From Octopus vulgaris (lineage: Eukaryota), in NCBI GenBank assembly GCA_951406725.2, contig OX597817.1:119784001-119848000 (forward strand): DNA of 64,000 nt. Direction: 5' to 3'. The first letter of the stretch is position 1. The number at the start of each line of letters is the position of its first letter. A model generated the notes under the pieces. The model was not told the origin of the DNA. It saw only the letters and a list, made by a program, of their open reading frames with translations, and did not search any database. This document shows, in pieces, positions 39,179 through 52,770 of this stretch. A program made the translations under genes and the position numbers.

Positions 39179-41904
39179 ATAATGATAATTAATCTCCGAC
39201 TTTATACAGTTTTTATACTATGAGCCTTCCATAGTAGCTTTCTCTCCGTAACTCGAAAAGCCTTTCGGGTTTATGAAAAATATTATTCATGTAATAATAA
39301 ATCTCTGACCGACCCACCCTTAGTGGTTAGCCATATTGAGATGGCAAGTATACTTCACATTATTTATGTAGTTATATATATATATCATAAAATAGCAGTA
39401 TCATCTGTTCTTATAGAACATTCATGTTTAGGTGGTGATAAACAGTACATCCCACTATAAATACTCCTTTCATCTCTAAGAGAAATTTTCTTAACAATGT
39501 AGTTTGCAAGTTGCAAAACCAGTGGATACATGACAGATTTTTTCTTATATATTGCAGACGAGTATCCTTGAAATCACATGATCTGGTGATCTAGCTGGAA
39601 TAGTAGAGAGTTGTCCCCCCACTTGCAATGGATTTTGTGTAGAGCACAGTGAATAAACTGCTGGAGGAGGCATCATCATGGGGTTAAAATAGTAGTATTG
39701 TCTGTTCCTATAGAACACCTATGATTAGGTTGCAACAAACCTTACTCTTATATTTATATACAAGCACACAGACATCTTCATCATTTAACGTCCGCTTTCC
39801 ATGCTAGCATGGGTTGGACGATTTGACTGAGGACTGGTGAACCAGATGGCTGTACCAGGCTCCAACATATATATATATATATATACATGAGAGGAAGAGC
39901 AGTGTAAATAACACAAAGCTGAAGAATTATATGCAAAAAGAATGCCTTTCCAAGCTTCCCATTTTCATATATTCATTATTTCTGAAGAAAAAGGTGATTG
40001 CATTTTATAATCTTTATAATAATGAGAGCGTGTGCGTGCATGCGTGTGTGTGTGTGCATGTGCATGTACACATGACTAAAACACTGCTATCACCTCTTCT
40101 TACCACCCATCACATTGTCCCTAAAAAACTCATACCATGTCTTATATTCAACCACCTCTCTGATGTAATGAAATAGAAGTAACTCATATCTCACCCAGCT
40201 TCTTAAATCAACCATCTCACTGCAGAAAAGAAAAAGTAGTAACCCATACCTCGTACCACTTCTAACACCAAACATTTTTCTGAAGGAACCAAATTGGAAG
40301 TGTAACAGACAGAACAGTTTCCTGGCAGATGAGAGTCTGACAGCTGTGTAACTACCAAACAATAATTTTCCCTGTAACAGTGTATGTTAGCTGAATTCAA
40401 TGATCAATAGAAAACCTTCCCACTGGTCAGTTTCCTTGCTGAGAACAACAGCCAAATCTCCCACATAACATACCCCGCAATCTTAATATATCGGATAATA
40501 TATTATTTGATATAAAAGATGGCAGAATAGTTATGAATAAGAGGTCTTCCATTACAAGCTCATTCATTCAGAGCTGATGAGGAACTAAATAATAATAACC
40601 AAGCCTTAGGCCAACCAAAGTATTCTAATTGGATTTATTTAATGGACATTGACAAAAAATCTCATTGTATATAGATGAATGCATATGTATGTTGAGGGTG
40701 TAGATGTCGATGTGTGTACTCCCTTGTCTTGGACATCATATGATGATTGTAAATGAGTATCACCATCACACAAGTGATGTTATTCATTTCCAATTTTCTT
40801 TAAAAATCATGTCTGGTCATGAGAAAATTGCTTGAAACTAGGTGAGAATTTGCAACAGAAAGAACATATTAATGAGGAATTATGACATCAGAGGATATGC
40901 TAGCTAGGGAACATATGTAGCCTAAATTTTACCTGTTCCACTCACTCCATTTTAATTTTTATTAGCATTGATAGTAGCGCAAGTTGCTAAGCATGACCTA
41001 GACACACACACACAAACACATACATACACATCCATATACCTATACACATATACAGATAATAGTGTGTGCATGCGTTAGAAAGTGTGTGTATGTGTGAGAG
41101 TGTGTGTGTGCATGAGTGTATGGTTTATATAAACTTGGCAAAAACCACCAAAAGTCCTGTGTTTCTTCTAGTTATAACAACGAGTTTCGAATAACTTGAA
41201 GACAATGATATTTTTCAAGAGAAAAACAGTTTTTGCAGTAAAAGACCCAAAAATATTCTCAACACCAGCTGATGATAAAGTTAGGAATACTATTTTACAA
41301 GACACACAGAGAATTCTTCAACAGTATTTAAAATATGAAGTAAATTTTATAAAACAATAAAGACCAATATTACTTGAAAATTTAATTCAGATATTTTCAA
41401 GGTAAAAAAAATTGCTTCTAAATTAATGATAATTGTTTAAAAGCTTTTTACTGACACACTGAAATAATTTAAACTTTGTCAAATAATATTTTGAAATAAC
41501 AAAGCTTATGAAATTTTCTAGATTAGTTTCTTCAAAAGAGATCTCTGTGTTATTATCCAGAGCCACAGCTTTCTTTTTCTCTTTCGTTTGCTGTATAATG
41601 TTATTTTCACTTAATGCTAAAAATGTTTATGCTGTTAAATTTTAGGAAAGACAGCTAGACTGCTAAATCATATACACACATACGTATATGTGTGTGTGTG
41701 TGTGTGTGTGTGCATGTATGTATGTACATATATAGATGAATAGATAGATAGATAGAAGTAGATAAAACTTACTTAGAAGAAGATGCATGGTGTTCAAAAA
41801 TATAATAATATAAATAATATAAATAATATATATATATATATATATGCATATATATATATATGCATATATATCATTTATATTATTATATATATACATACAT
41901 GCAT

Positions 41905-42215
41905 ATCACCGTGATCACCATGACCGATCAGGCTATCAGATGTTGCTACACATCGCTGGTCACAATGCACTTCACATTGTTTTAGACTTCAAATGACACC
42001 ACCCCACTGGCTAAGCGAGCAGGCCAACAGAAGAAAGAGCGAGAAAAAGTTGTGGCGAAAAAGTACACCAGGGATCGCCGCCACCCCCTGCCGGAGCCTC
42101 GTGGAGCTTTAGGTGTTTCCGCTCAATAAACACTCACAATGCCCGGCCTGGGAATCGAAACCGCGATTCTACAACCACGAGTCCGCTGCCCTAACCACTG
42201 GGCCATTGCGCCTCC
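41905..42215 (-). mobile_element. tRNA-derived SINE family C, young copy
   Basis: Minus strand ggaggcgcaatggcccagtggttagggcagcggactcg...ggtttcgattccc (A and B boxes); CpG-rich. A second copy lies at 62969. Confidence 0.9.
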
Positions 42216-42279
42216 ACACATACATGCATATATATACATATATGTACATACTTACAATTATATATATATATGCGCATAT

Positions 42280-42865
42280 GTGGGCACAGGGCATCATGAA
42301 ACATGTACAACAAAAAAATACGAAATACAAGTACATGGAATATGAACTATTTTTTTGAACAACGAAAGACACAAATGGGAAACAAGACAAACATAGAGAA
42401 TGACATTTCATTAGTTGTTGGCTGTTTTTCTACTCTTGTATTTCAAGTATTTAACAACAATATATGCTTTCAATAAAACAGTTGCTCCCACAAAGCAAAT
42501 TAAATAAAATTTGGGATTTTGTGGAGGGTCAAAATTGGTAACACAAACAGAACAGTGAAAACAAAGAGGAAGGGCTGCTAAGCCTAAATGAGATTGTGGT
42601 GGTGAATGCATAAATCAAGCTTGGACAGGAGACAAACAAGAACACGTCTTCTTTGTTCCAGCTACAACTGAAGGAAAGAAACACAAGTTAGGAGAAGAAA
42701 GAAAGATGGGTGATGGTCCCATGGGATCCACGTGAGCAAGGGAGGAGTGATAGAGAGAAAGGGACAGAGTAATAGGATAGAACAGTGGGAGAAGAGGAAA
42801 AGAATACGAGAGAGAAAGAGAGAAAAATAAAAGAGTAAAAAGATCGTATAGAGTGCACATCAGAA
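42280..42865. repeat. Unclassified repeat (purine-rich on plus strand), possibly a Penelope-like terminal region
   Basis: Distinct block starting at a (TA)n run. Classification is inference only. Confidence 0.3.
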
Positions 42866-44929
42866 TTATTAAGATAAAACTTACTTGGAAGAGGATGCAT
42901 GGCATTCAACGGATTAAGCAGTTCCACCTCTACTGCTAGATACTTTTTGTCTGCTATTGATATATTTCTCAAGAGAAATGCAGCAGTTTCAAAGCATTCT
43001 ACAGCATATCTCAGTTGAGTATGATGTGCAGAATGCTGTTCTGAACTAATACTACTGCTGTCTCTTACAACGGATTTTATCTAACTTGTTGGGTAATTGT
43101 GACACTGGTGGTTTGTTAATCAAAGTTTTTCTATATCAGTAAAGGTTAAATCTGTCTTAGCAAGTAGTTGCTGGTATATGTTTGTTATTGATGGCATTCA
43201 AAAAGGAATAAATATGTATTTAGCCATTTCACCAGCACCGTTCAACACTTTTCATCATCTACTGATATATATCTGCAATTTTTTGCAAACGATACATCTA
43301 TATGAGATGCTTTCTTGACATGAAGGTTTTCTATAGCATATCTGAGTTATATGACAAAATGCTATTTTGGATTGATACTGCTTCCACAGTAAACAAATAT
43401 ACATGTATGTGTGTGTATGTGTGTGTGTCTGAGTATATATATATATATATAAAAACACACATACACATAGATAAAGAGAGAGAGATTTGTGTCTTTTAAT
43501 ATATATGTGTGTGTATACAGATACATGTGTGTGTATGTACATATATTTGATGATGATGATGATGGCCTTAATGTGATACGTGAAAAAGGAAAACTTTACG
43601 TTTATATAGTAAAACAGTTATATAGATTACTATTACAGGAAGACAAGGCAGACATTTGCAATAATAATGAGGTGGTTTTTTTGTCTCATATCTATCACAA
43701 TTTAACCATCAATTTTTTTTTTCTTTTGCATGTGCACATGTGTATCACAAGAAATTAATGGTGAAAATATAAATATAAATCATAGAAGACATTTACAAGT
43801 GGTAATATAGGACAGGGGGGAAAAATGACAAAAACCTCGTGTCTATTGCATTTGCAGGTAACTGTGCTACTGATTATTATACAACATAATGTCCACTGTC
43901 GCTTCCTGTCACATTAAACTATATAAATGTTTTAGTAGTATAAACTCACAGCTCTACTTCACTACATATTACATTAGGGTCACACATAGTTTTCTATTCA
44001 ACTTGCTCTGTTGAAGTGCTGATACATTTGCTGTCCTTCTTTTTAGAGCCTGTGTTCTATATAAATATGTGTGTCTGTGTGTATATGCATGAATAAAGAC
44101 TGATGGAACAAGCACTACACCAGGACAATATAATATATACATACATAAATGCACACACATAGACAGAGGTAAGTGAAATAAACATCAGAGATGCTTTGCT
44201 CCAAACAGTAACTGCAGGAACCACACAGAGGTTTTACAAGATCTTCTAAATTTCTTGCAATGCTAGAACCCCTTCTGTATTGTCAGCAGGTATCTCAGAG
44301 TCTCGAGCATTTCGCCCTTTAGCCTGTACACTTCACCTAAGTGGAGCAGCAAGAACTGACCTATTCTTCAACTATGGAAGGGTTCCACTTGCAGTTTCTT
44401 CTCATCAAACATTGCCATTCTTAGCTAGTTTCAGCTGTCGTGCCTTTTTTCTTGATGGCTTTCTTCAGATGTCTGTGTTCGAGACATCATTAGCAGGAAA
44501 TAGCACATAATCTAGATGGAAAGCCACAGCAATCAACTTTAAGAGAGAATGAGGTTGCATGCCACTGCGTCCTGATATTTCAATTTCTTTAGGAGATGGT
44601 AAATATCAAGTCCATCCTCCTACGGCACTGTAAGTTATATTCACACCAAGGCTTCAGTTGGTTCAAAGCATTAGTAGAAGACACTTGCCCAAGGTGCCAT
44701 GCAATGGGATTTGGTAAACAAGCTTCATACAACATAGTGTATATTACCTGTGTATTTGTGTCAATGTGTTTTATCCACCAAGGTTTATGAAGCTGAGGTC
44801 ACCTTACTGCTCCAAAATACCAAAACTCAAAAGTAAATGTACAGTGGTATGAGCAAAAATGACTTTCAAAAAAAGATATTTTAAGAAGCATGAAACTAAT
44901 AGCAGCTCAAATGTGCATTAAATGATATA

Positions 44930-45290
44930 TTCATCAACACCTCATCAACTACCCATCTGGTGAATACACAACTCAGATTACATTCTCATCAGGAAACTGG
45001 ACAGAAGAAGTATTGTAAGTACCAAACCCTTTCCAAACAAAGTATGTACTAGCAATACAGATTAATAGTTAGTGGCTTCAGACTCAGAGATAAGCCAATA
45101 CAGAAATAAAAGATGATATGGAGAAGGAACATATGGAAACTAAAAGATCCTGCAAGTGAGAATCAATTTTAAAGAAACTCTAATTGATACATATAACTAT
45201 AAACAGAAAGATTTGGGTACCTCAAGCATAGATGACAACTGGGAATTTCTTCAAAATAACCTGATTAGGGCTATAGATCTTATATGTGGT
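44930..45290 (+). mobile_element. RTE LINE apurinic endonuclease C-terminal relic
   Basis: HLINYPSG..TQ..YILIRK, RLIVSGFRL, IWKLKDP and NWEFLQNNLIRAIDLICG. Confidence 0.75.
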
Positions 45291-45575
45291 CCAACCCTAC
45301 CCAATATCTCATCAATTGTCACTACTCTTCCCTACCTCCACTACTCATCATCCCTAAACACTGGTTCATTAATTATAATCACCCCCTTAGTCATTCCCCT
45401 TCTCACACTCTTCCAGACACTTTTGCAAACCTTACCCACCCACATTCTCAGTTCTTCTGTATCCACTAACTTCAACTCACCTTGTGCTTTGTGGGTTCAA
45501 ACATTTTATCATTACTATTTTTATCTCTTCATAGCTAGTTTTTAAGAACAGATACACTGTATCCTTCACATATCT

Positions 45576-46230
45576 GAAGGTGCATGGCTCGGTGGTTACA
45601 GCATTGAGCTCCCAATCATGTCGTAGAAGGTTTGATTCCCAGATCCGGCTGTGTGTTGTGTTCTTGAGCAAGACACTTTACTTCATGTTGCTCCAGTTCA
45701 CTTATCTGTAGGAATGAGATGCAACATCACTGGTGCTGTATCAGAATTTGCCTTTCCCTTGGATAAAATAGGGGGTTGAAGAAGGGAGGCTGATAAGTAT
45801 GGGTGACTGCTGGTCTTCCATAAACAATCTTGCCCAGACTTGTGCCTTGGTGGGTAACTTTATAAGTGCAATCCCAAGGTTAAGCATATTGTCAAAGACA
45901 ACTAAAAAGGGTAACCATCGGGAAAGAGATCTGGTAATAAAACACTGCCACATAAAGTTCTTATTTCTTTATTGCCCACAAGGGGCTAAATAAGGACAGA
46001 CAAAGGGATTGAGTTGATTAGATCTACCCCAGTGCATAACTGGTACTTAATTTATCTACTCCGAAAGGATGAAAGGCAAAGTCAACCTCGGCGAAATTTG
46101 AACTCAGAACGTAGCGGTAGACAAAATACTGTTAAGAATTTCGCCCGGCATGCTAACATTTCTGCCAGCTTGCTGCCTCATAAAGTTCTGTTCAACTCAT
46201 GTCAACCTAGAAAGCAAATGTAAAAAATGA
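45576..46230 (+). mobile_element. SINE family D with RTE-like tail, interrupted by a family B SINE
   Basis: gaaggtgcatggctcggtggtta...ggtttgattccc...gttgtgttcttgagcaagacactt. The tail resumes after 46189. Confidence 0.75.
45962..46178 (-). mobile_element. SINE family B with 11-bp TSD
   Basis: Reverse complement of the copy at 5125-5357; TSD cataaagttct at 45951-45961 and 46179-46189. Confidence 0.9.
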
Positions 46231-48362
46231 TAGTGGTGGTGTGCATCTGCATCAATGTGTGAATGTGTGTAGGTCTCTTTGCACGAATGTTTGTGTATGT
46301 ATAATGTATAATTACATATTCTATCACATGGCACAATAACATGCTATGATGATGCACATTGGTTTGTGCATATGAAGAATGATAAGAGTGCTAAAAAGGG
46401 CTTGAAGGAGCATGGAATGGTGAGTAACAAAAGAATGCGATTGTCTAAATAAGATGTGAATGAATAGCATTACAATACACACTTCAAGTTTCAAATTTAA
46501 AAATATTCATCAGTCTATAAATAAACAAATAAGCATTTAAAACAAATACCGAGTTAATTTTTCAGTAGTCTAGACATTTTGAATGTATTACAAGAGAGCA
46601 ATGACAACTTTTCAGTTATACAAAAGACATTAGATTTTTAATCATACGTAGTCTTAAACGCATATATATCCAGTTCCCTGCTTTGAAACAAACATCTTAT
46701 CAGAAAACAAGAATATTCTAATAAAGCCAATATTGATCTGATGATCTGATTATAAATATTACAGCTTAACATGAAAGAACATTCAACTGGAATTTGAACT
46801 TTGAAATCAATTGCCTTCTGAGTTATTTTTATTTTATTTCTCTTATGTTGTAACTAATAACACATACATGTAATTTACTTTTAAGTAGAAAGGATTATAT
46901 AGTTATTATTAAAATAAAACTGTTTTGACTACAAATTTATAACCCAATATTTTGAATATTTGCTACACTTAATCACTTGAACATGGAGAGACTACAAAGT
47001 CTGTTTAATACGTTTCGAGCAAGAAACTCTCAAACACATAATTAACAGAAATGGGGAGCAAATATTTTCCTGCATCATTTCTCCTAATGGTAAAATAAAC
47101 CTGAGAACTAAGAGTAAATTATTTAGAACAGATTGCTACTTAATTACAAATTATTATGAAACTGCTATTTTTTCAATAAATAAAAGCATGTATGTTATGT
47201 CATTAATGTGCTATATCCAAGAATACAATATAATTTACACTGACATTTGTGAATGATATAAGGCGAGGGACTTTGTCCCTTGACAGATTAAAATTTGATA
47301 AATACTGAAAAGATGACTGATCAGAAATGCTAAAATTGAACTAAGAGACTATATAAAAGAAAAAAAAAACATTTACATACTATATGCACAGATATATATT
47401 ACTCAGTTTAATGGTCCCTTTAACTGATAGCTTGATGAGACAAAGATGTATCAGACATGACAATGCTACTTGGTCTCCCTTCCGAATAGTATAAAGTTCT
47501 ACCTTATCAAAACTATCCTTTTGCTCTTTTTTTTTTTTTTTTTAAAGCAATAGACAATGGTTAAGCTGGCATTTTTAGCTGTTTGGTTAAATTACCATTT
47601 TTATTTCTTTGGAATACAGATATGAAAGATGATTGAAATAGGATATATTGAGGAAGTTATTGCTAAAACAAAAAGAATAAGAGAATGCGTCCAATAAATT
47701 CTGCTTTGAGTATTTCAACAACTCCCCAAAAGAATCAAATTCCAAATAAAGAAATGCACTTTTAGGAATAAATATGGGCATCTATATGAATATCATTTTA
47801 ATTTAGAATTTTTACTTTTTTATCTAAATTTTCCTGGTAACTCGAATTACAGTGACTGTAAATTTTTGTGATATTCTCAGTTTCCAATAGAAATAAAGCA
47901 TACTTAAGTAACAGATGTTAGCTAACACTATACTGAAATTTAGAACAGGCAAATAGCAGAAAATTTCATGTTAAAAAGATATTCAAAAAAGGAGAAATTG
48001 AATATAATTGAATAAAATTCTGTCATATATTGAGATTGATTTTGAAATTGGACAAAGTTATACTGATTAAACTGAAATCTATTTGTGTGTCAAATACAGT
48101 ACAACATAAAAATAAACTAAACTATATTAAATTATGCCATAAATTATCAGTTTTCATAACAGGATTTTAATATTATATTTTATTTACTTTTTTCTAGGTT
48201 AATCTCATGGCAAAATTCCAACCCAAATCAGATCATCTGCAACCAAAATTCTTAATGTTACAGACAATTTTATAGGAAATAACAATTTTTAATGCTTAAA
48301 AAAATTGATCTAAAATATTGACAGCCAAATATTAAATTGGCATATATATATATACATATTTC

Positions 48363-48417
<55 letters not shown>

Positions 48418-48674
48418 TGTATTATTGATATTATTAAATCATCAAGAATGCATTGTCAACAATGTTGATGGAAATGTTGCAAAATAACATAATACTTATA
48501 ATAACCATTATGAACTGTGTAATGATAGGGGTGATGATTTATAAATCTGGTGAAAATAAAGATGATAGCATATAAACAGAATCATTCAAAAGCTGCAGTT
48601 TTGTACTACATACTCTGCTAATCATCTTGTCAACAACAACAGCAGTAAAAACAACAAAAAACAGCAACAATGTT

Positions 48675-48895
48675 TCTAATTTAGGCATACATAAACCCAA
48701 CAATCTTGAGGGGAGTCAGAACAGTTAACACTATTGATCCAAGTACTTGACTGGTACTTTATTTAATTGACCTCAGAGGGGATGAAAGGAAGGCAAAGTT
48801 GGCCTCAGTGAGGTTTGAACTAAGATTGTAAAGAGCCAGATGAGATACCACAGAGCATTTCTTTCTGATGATCTAACAATTCTAGATATTCACTA
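48675..48895 (-). mobile_element. SINE family B, degraded
   Basis: gactggtactttatttaattgacc...gatgaaagg...gtttgaact. Similar remnants lie near 2050, 11440, 26570, 51820 and 55920. Confidence 0.7.
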
Positions 48896-51526
48896 CTCTA
48901 ATAATAATAATAGTAATTCTTTTTGCTTGGTATTATAGGTACAAGGTCTGAAATTCTGGAGGAGGAATCTAGTCAATTACATCAACCCCAATGCTCATTT
49001 GGCACAGGAAACAGAGAGACAAACCACTGGTCTGTGAGCTAGTGGGTGAAGCATGTTACTTAGTAAACCATTAGCAACCAGTGAAAGGGTTCTATTTTGT
49101 TGCGTTAATAAACCATATTTTTATAAAGGACAATGAATGTATTTAACTTCATCATTTCACATATATTAGCAACTCAAGACAGAAGAAGACAGTGTTGCTT
49201 TCAGTATGATTATACTCAGAATTATAAGTGATGCAAATGAAATCCCTAAAGCAGAAAATACAAAATTACTTAATGCTAGTCTTGGTTGATTTGAAATATA
49301 TATTAAAAGTATATACACAACCTTCATCCAAGTTGACACATTGAAAGTAATTACTCCTTACAAAAAAACTATACATTTCTATATTTTCTTTATTTTTTTA
49401 AGTTCCGAAAATAAAACTCTACATTTGAATTATGTATATGACGATACTTTAAGTATTCCAGCAGAGGTTTCTGATAAGGTGATACATTTGAACTCCCTCC
49501 TCGACAGAATTCATAATAAAAGTGCAAAAATAATGTAAAGCCAACCTCTTCACCTCAGCTTTTTCTGCAAATATTAAATTGCAGATGTTTAGGCTGAACA
49601 TGAATCACCAGTTTTGGAAACCCTCCTCAGAATAATAAATGAGTAGAATTTTTTTCTTAAAGAATATGAAAAGTATATTACTTTATAATTAGCAGCAAAT
49701 GAGAAGTTGCTCTAAATTTATCAATATATGGTATAATTAGTTATGTATACGTATACACACATATTATCATATATGTAGAAATGTATGACTTAGTGGTTAG
49801 GGTGTTGCACTCATTATTGTAAGATTGTAGTTCCAATACTTGGACCAGGCAGTGTGTAGTGTTCTTGAACAAAACACTTCATTTCACACAGCCCCGGTCC
49901 CTGAGTAATCCTGTAGCAGACCAGCCTTATGAGCCTATGGCTCTGGATGGACCTTTGATCCTTATATATATATACCTTTGTGTATGTGTGTGATAGAGAG
50001 AGAAAGAGAAGAAGTGATATAAAAACAGAAACTGAGTAACAGAAATATATATATAGAGAGAGAGAGAGAGGAGTGTTTGTAAATATATACCTCAACACAC
50101 ACATGTACAAGCATTATTAGATATGCATACATATATATCTGTGAGTGTGTATTTCTTAATATATATAAATATGTGTGTTTGTGGGTGCATACTTATATAC
50201 TTATATTAGCCACATCATATAGCACTTCATGTAACCATCTATAATCTAAAATGACAATATCTCACGTTTTCCTCATTGATAAATGTGTTCTGTAGCCTAA
50301 GAATTTAATTATTATCAGATTTACTTTTCACAGTGAATACATTATTCACCAGGAAGTTCTTTCTGAGAAAGAATCTTCAGTATTTCAATGATGGTAACTA
50401 AAACTATTTTATTAGATATTTTCCAACATATATGAAGAAAATATTAACAGATGATATGAAATATGAAGCTGTTATTGCTGAAAGCAAGATAGATGTGTTT
50501 CTAATTCTTTCTTTCTTTTTCACTAATAAATATTTCTAAGCTTCAAAACAATGATAATAATAACAACAATAACAACAACAACAACAATGATAATAATAAT
50601 ATTATTCCTGGATCTTAGATGCAATAACTAATTTTCAGTTTAAGCTGTAACATTTTTTAATGTTTTTTGGGTTTGATAAATCTACAAATTCAGACATTTG
50701 CATACAATTCTCCATATAAAGTGAACCTGGAATAGGAGCATTATTCAAGAGACAATGTAATAGTAGCAAATAAGGCACTAATTTCAAATATACAAACCAT
50801 GCACTAAACACTAAATTCAATTTCTTAGAAAAGCTACAATAATTTTATTTACAATACTGAAAAGTGAAAGAAGATGAATGAGTGAGTTATGCCGGTTAAT
50901 AATCCAAAAATGTGATTTGTTTTTTTTTTAGTAATGCTTATAAATTGATTTGAAGTAAATTCAACTAAAATCTACATTCAAATACACTTCCTAAAATCAG
51001 TGATGAAATAATGCCATCAATGTGGGTGTGTGTGCATACACACAAACACACAAATACATATTTGCATGGTTTTATAGAAAACCATTACTAAATACTTATT
51101 CAATACAAGTAAGTAAGCATAACAAGATGGATATATAAAACTAATCAATTACAAACAACTAGAAGTCTGTCTCATTACTAACGTCCTTATAATTTATCAA
51201 TATTTTGAACTAATGATCAAAATTGAGAAATATCACCTTTCTAGCCACGGAGTAAAAGTATAATGCCTGAAGCATGCTTTAAGGACCTACAATCTATATT
51301 AAAATCACAATATATTGACAGAAAATTTCTGGATGACATTTAATATATATTTTATGGTATTTTGGAGAAACTTGGGATTTGTAATATTGTATATTATAAT
51401 TAGCAAAACAGAGAACATAGTTTACAGTACATTAAAAATACAGATTTGGATTTGTGAATAGAGAAATACATACTTTGTAGATGATGGTGGTAATGATGAT
51501 GATGATGATGAGGAGGAGGAGGAGGA

Positions 51527-51820
51527 GATTTGAAGTGGGAAATATGCAGGTTGTGGACAATAAAGAGAGTGGATGTGATAGCAGTTGTCACTGGCACACT
51601 CAGAAGTATCAGCACTCAACTACCAACATCACTCAAAAAGATTGGTACATCTGTAGGGATAGAACCTACAAAAATCATCATTCCATGGGACTGTAAGAGT
51701 TTTCCGCAAGGTTCTTGAAGTATTATCAGTACACAAGTGTCACCTTGGTCTAATGGCTGTGGACATCATACTCAGCAAAATAAGCTGTGTGTTTTAATCA
51801 AATAATAATAATAATGATAA
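51527..51820 (+). mobile_element. R4/Dong-like RLE non-LTR retrotransposon 3' end
   Basis: DLKWEICRLWTIKRVDVIAVVTGTL...QKS...GT.RV.RKVL (cf. VPIVIGALG...LQKxALLGTARILRKVL), with a short UTR and (TAA)n tail. Confidence 0.8.
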
Positions 51821-52232
51821 TGGTTTCAAACTGAGGAACAAGGCTAGAATTTTGGGTGAGGAGGAGTAAGTTAATTACATCAGTCCCAGTTCTAAACTGT
51901 ACTTATTTTATCTACTATGAAATAATGACAAGTTGATCTCTGTGGAATCTGAACTCTAAACATAAAGGCCCAGAAGAAATACCAGAAAACATTTAGCCCA
52001 GAGTGCAAACAAATCTGTCATCTTATCACCTTATCATTATTGGAATTATATACCATTAGAATATAAAAACAAAAAACAAAAACATGCTGATTCTGCTTTA
52101 TACAAGTGTTTGATTCTTTAAATAGAATGATGTAAATCTTAAGGACAAATTCAATCCCAAATAAAACAAAATGTCAACAACTGAGAATATACTTAAAGGC
52201 TTTTTAAACCCTCATTGCAATCATCTTTTTTC

Positions 52233-52377
52233 TGGCTGTGTTAAGAAGCTTGCTTACCAACCACATGGTGCCGAGTTCAGTCCCACTGCATGGCATCTTG
52301 GGCAAGTGTCTTCTACTATAGCCTTGGGCTGACCAAAGCCTTGTGAGTGGATTTGGTAGATGGAAACTGAAAGAATC

Positions 52378-52422
<45 letters not shown>

Positions 52423-52614
52423 CTTTGTCCTCCCACCATTGCTTGACAGCCAATGTTTGTGTGTTTACGGCCCCCGTATCTTAGCAGTTGAGCAAAAGAA
52501 ACCAATAGAGTAAGTACTAAGCTTACAAAATACTAAGTCCAGGGGGTTGATTGTTTTGACTAAAGGCAGTGCTCCAGCATGGCCGTAATCAAATGACTGA
52601 AACAAATAAAAGAA
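52233..52614 (+). mobile_element. SINE family A
   Basis: Collinear with the other family A copies. Confidence 0.92.
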
Positions 52615-52628
52615 TATATATGTATATG

Positions 52629-52770
52629 GAAAAAGGAGCTTGTCAAAATTTTGGATAATTCTTTACTATCACATTCGTCTCATCCATGGAGACTCCATTT
52701 GAGGATTTTCCAAGAATAAGATGAAGATACTAATAAAGAATTATCCAAAATTCTGACTACCTATTTTTTC
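52629..52770. repeat. Imperfect hairpin (about 40-bp arms)
   Basis: gtcaaaattttggataattcttta pairs with taaagaattatccaaaattctgac. Confidence 0.85.

Noticed and set aside
40195-40372. Two minus-strand exon-like pieces
   Set aside because: The implied intron is only about 30 nt and the peptides are unrecognisable.
42140-42215. tRNA gene
   Set aside because: The tRNA-like head continues into a SINE body that recurs at 62969; there is no complete cloverleaf or Pol III terminator.
44180-44600. GC-elevated block, possible coding or transposon relic
   Set aside because: No motif I can identify and no convincing splice-bounded frame.
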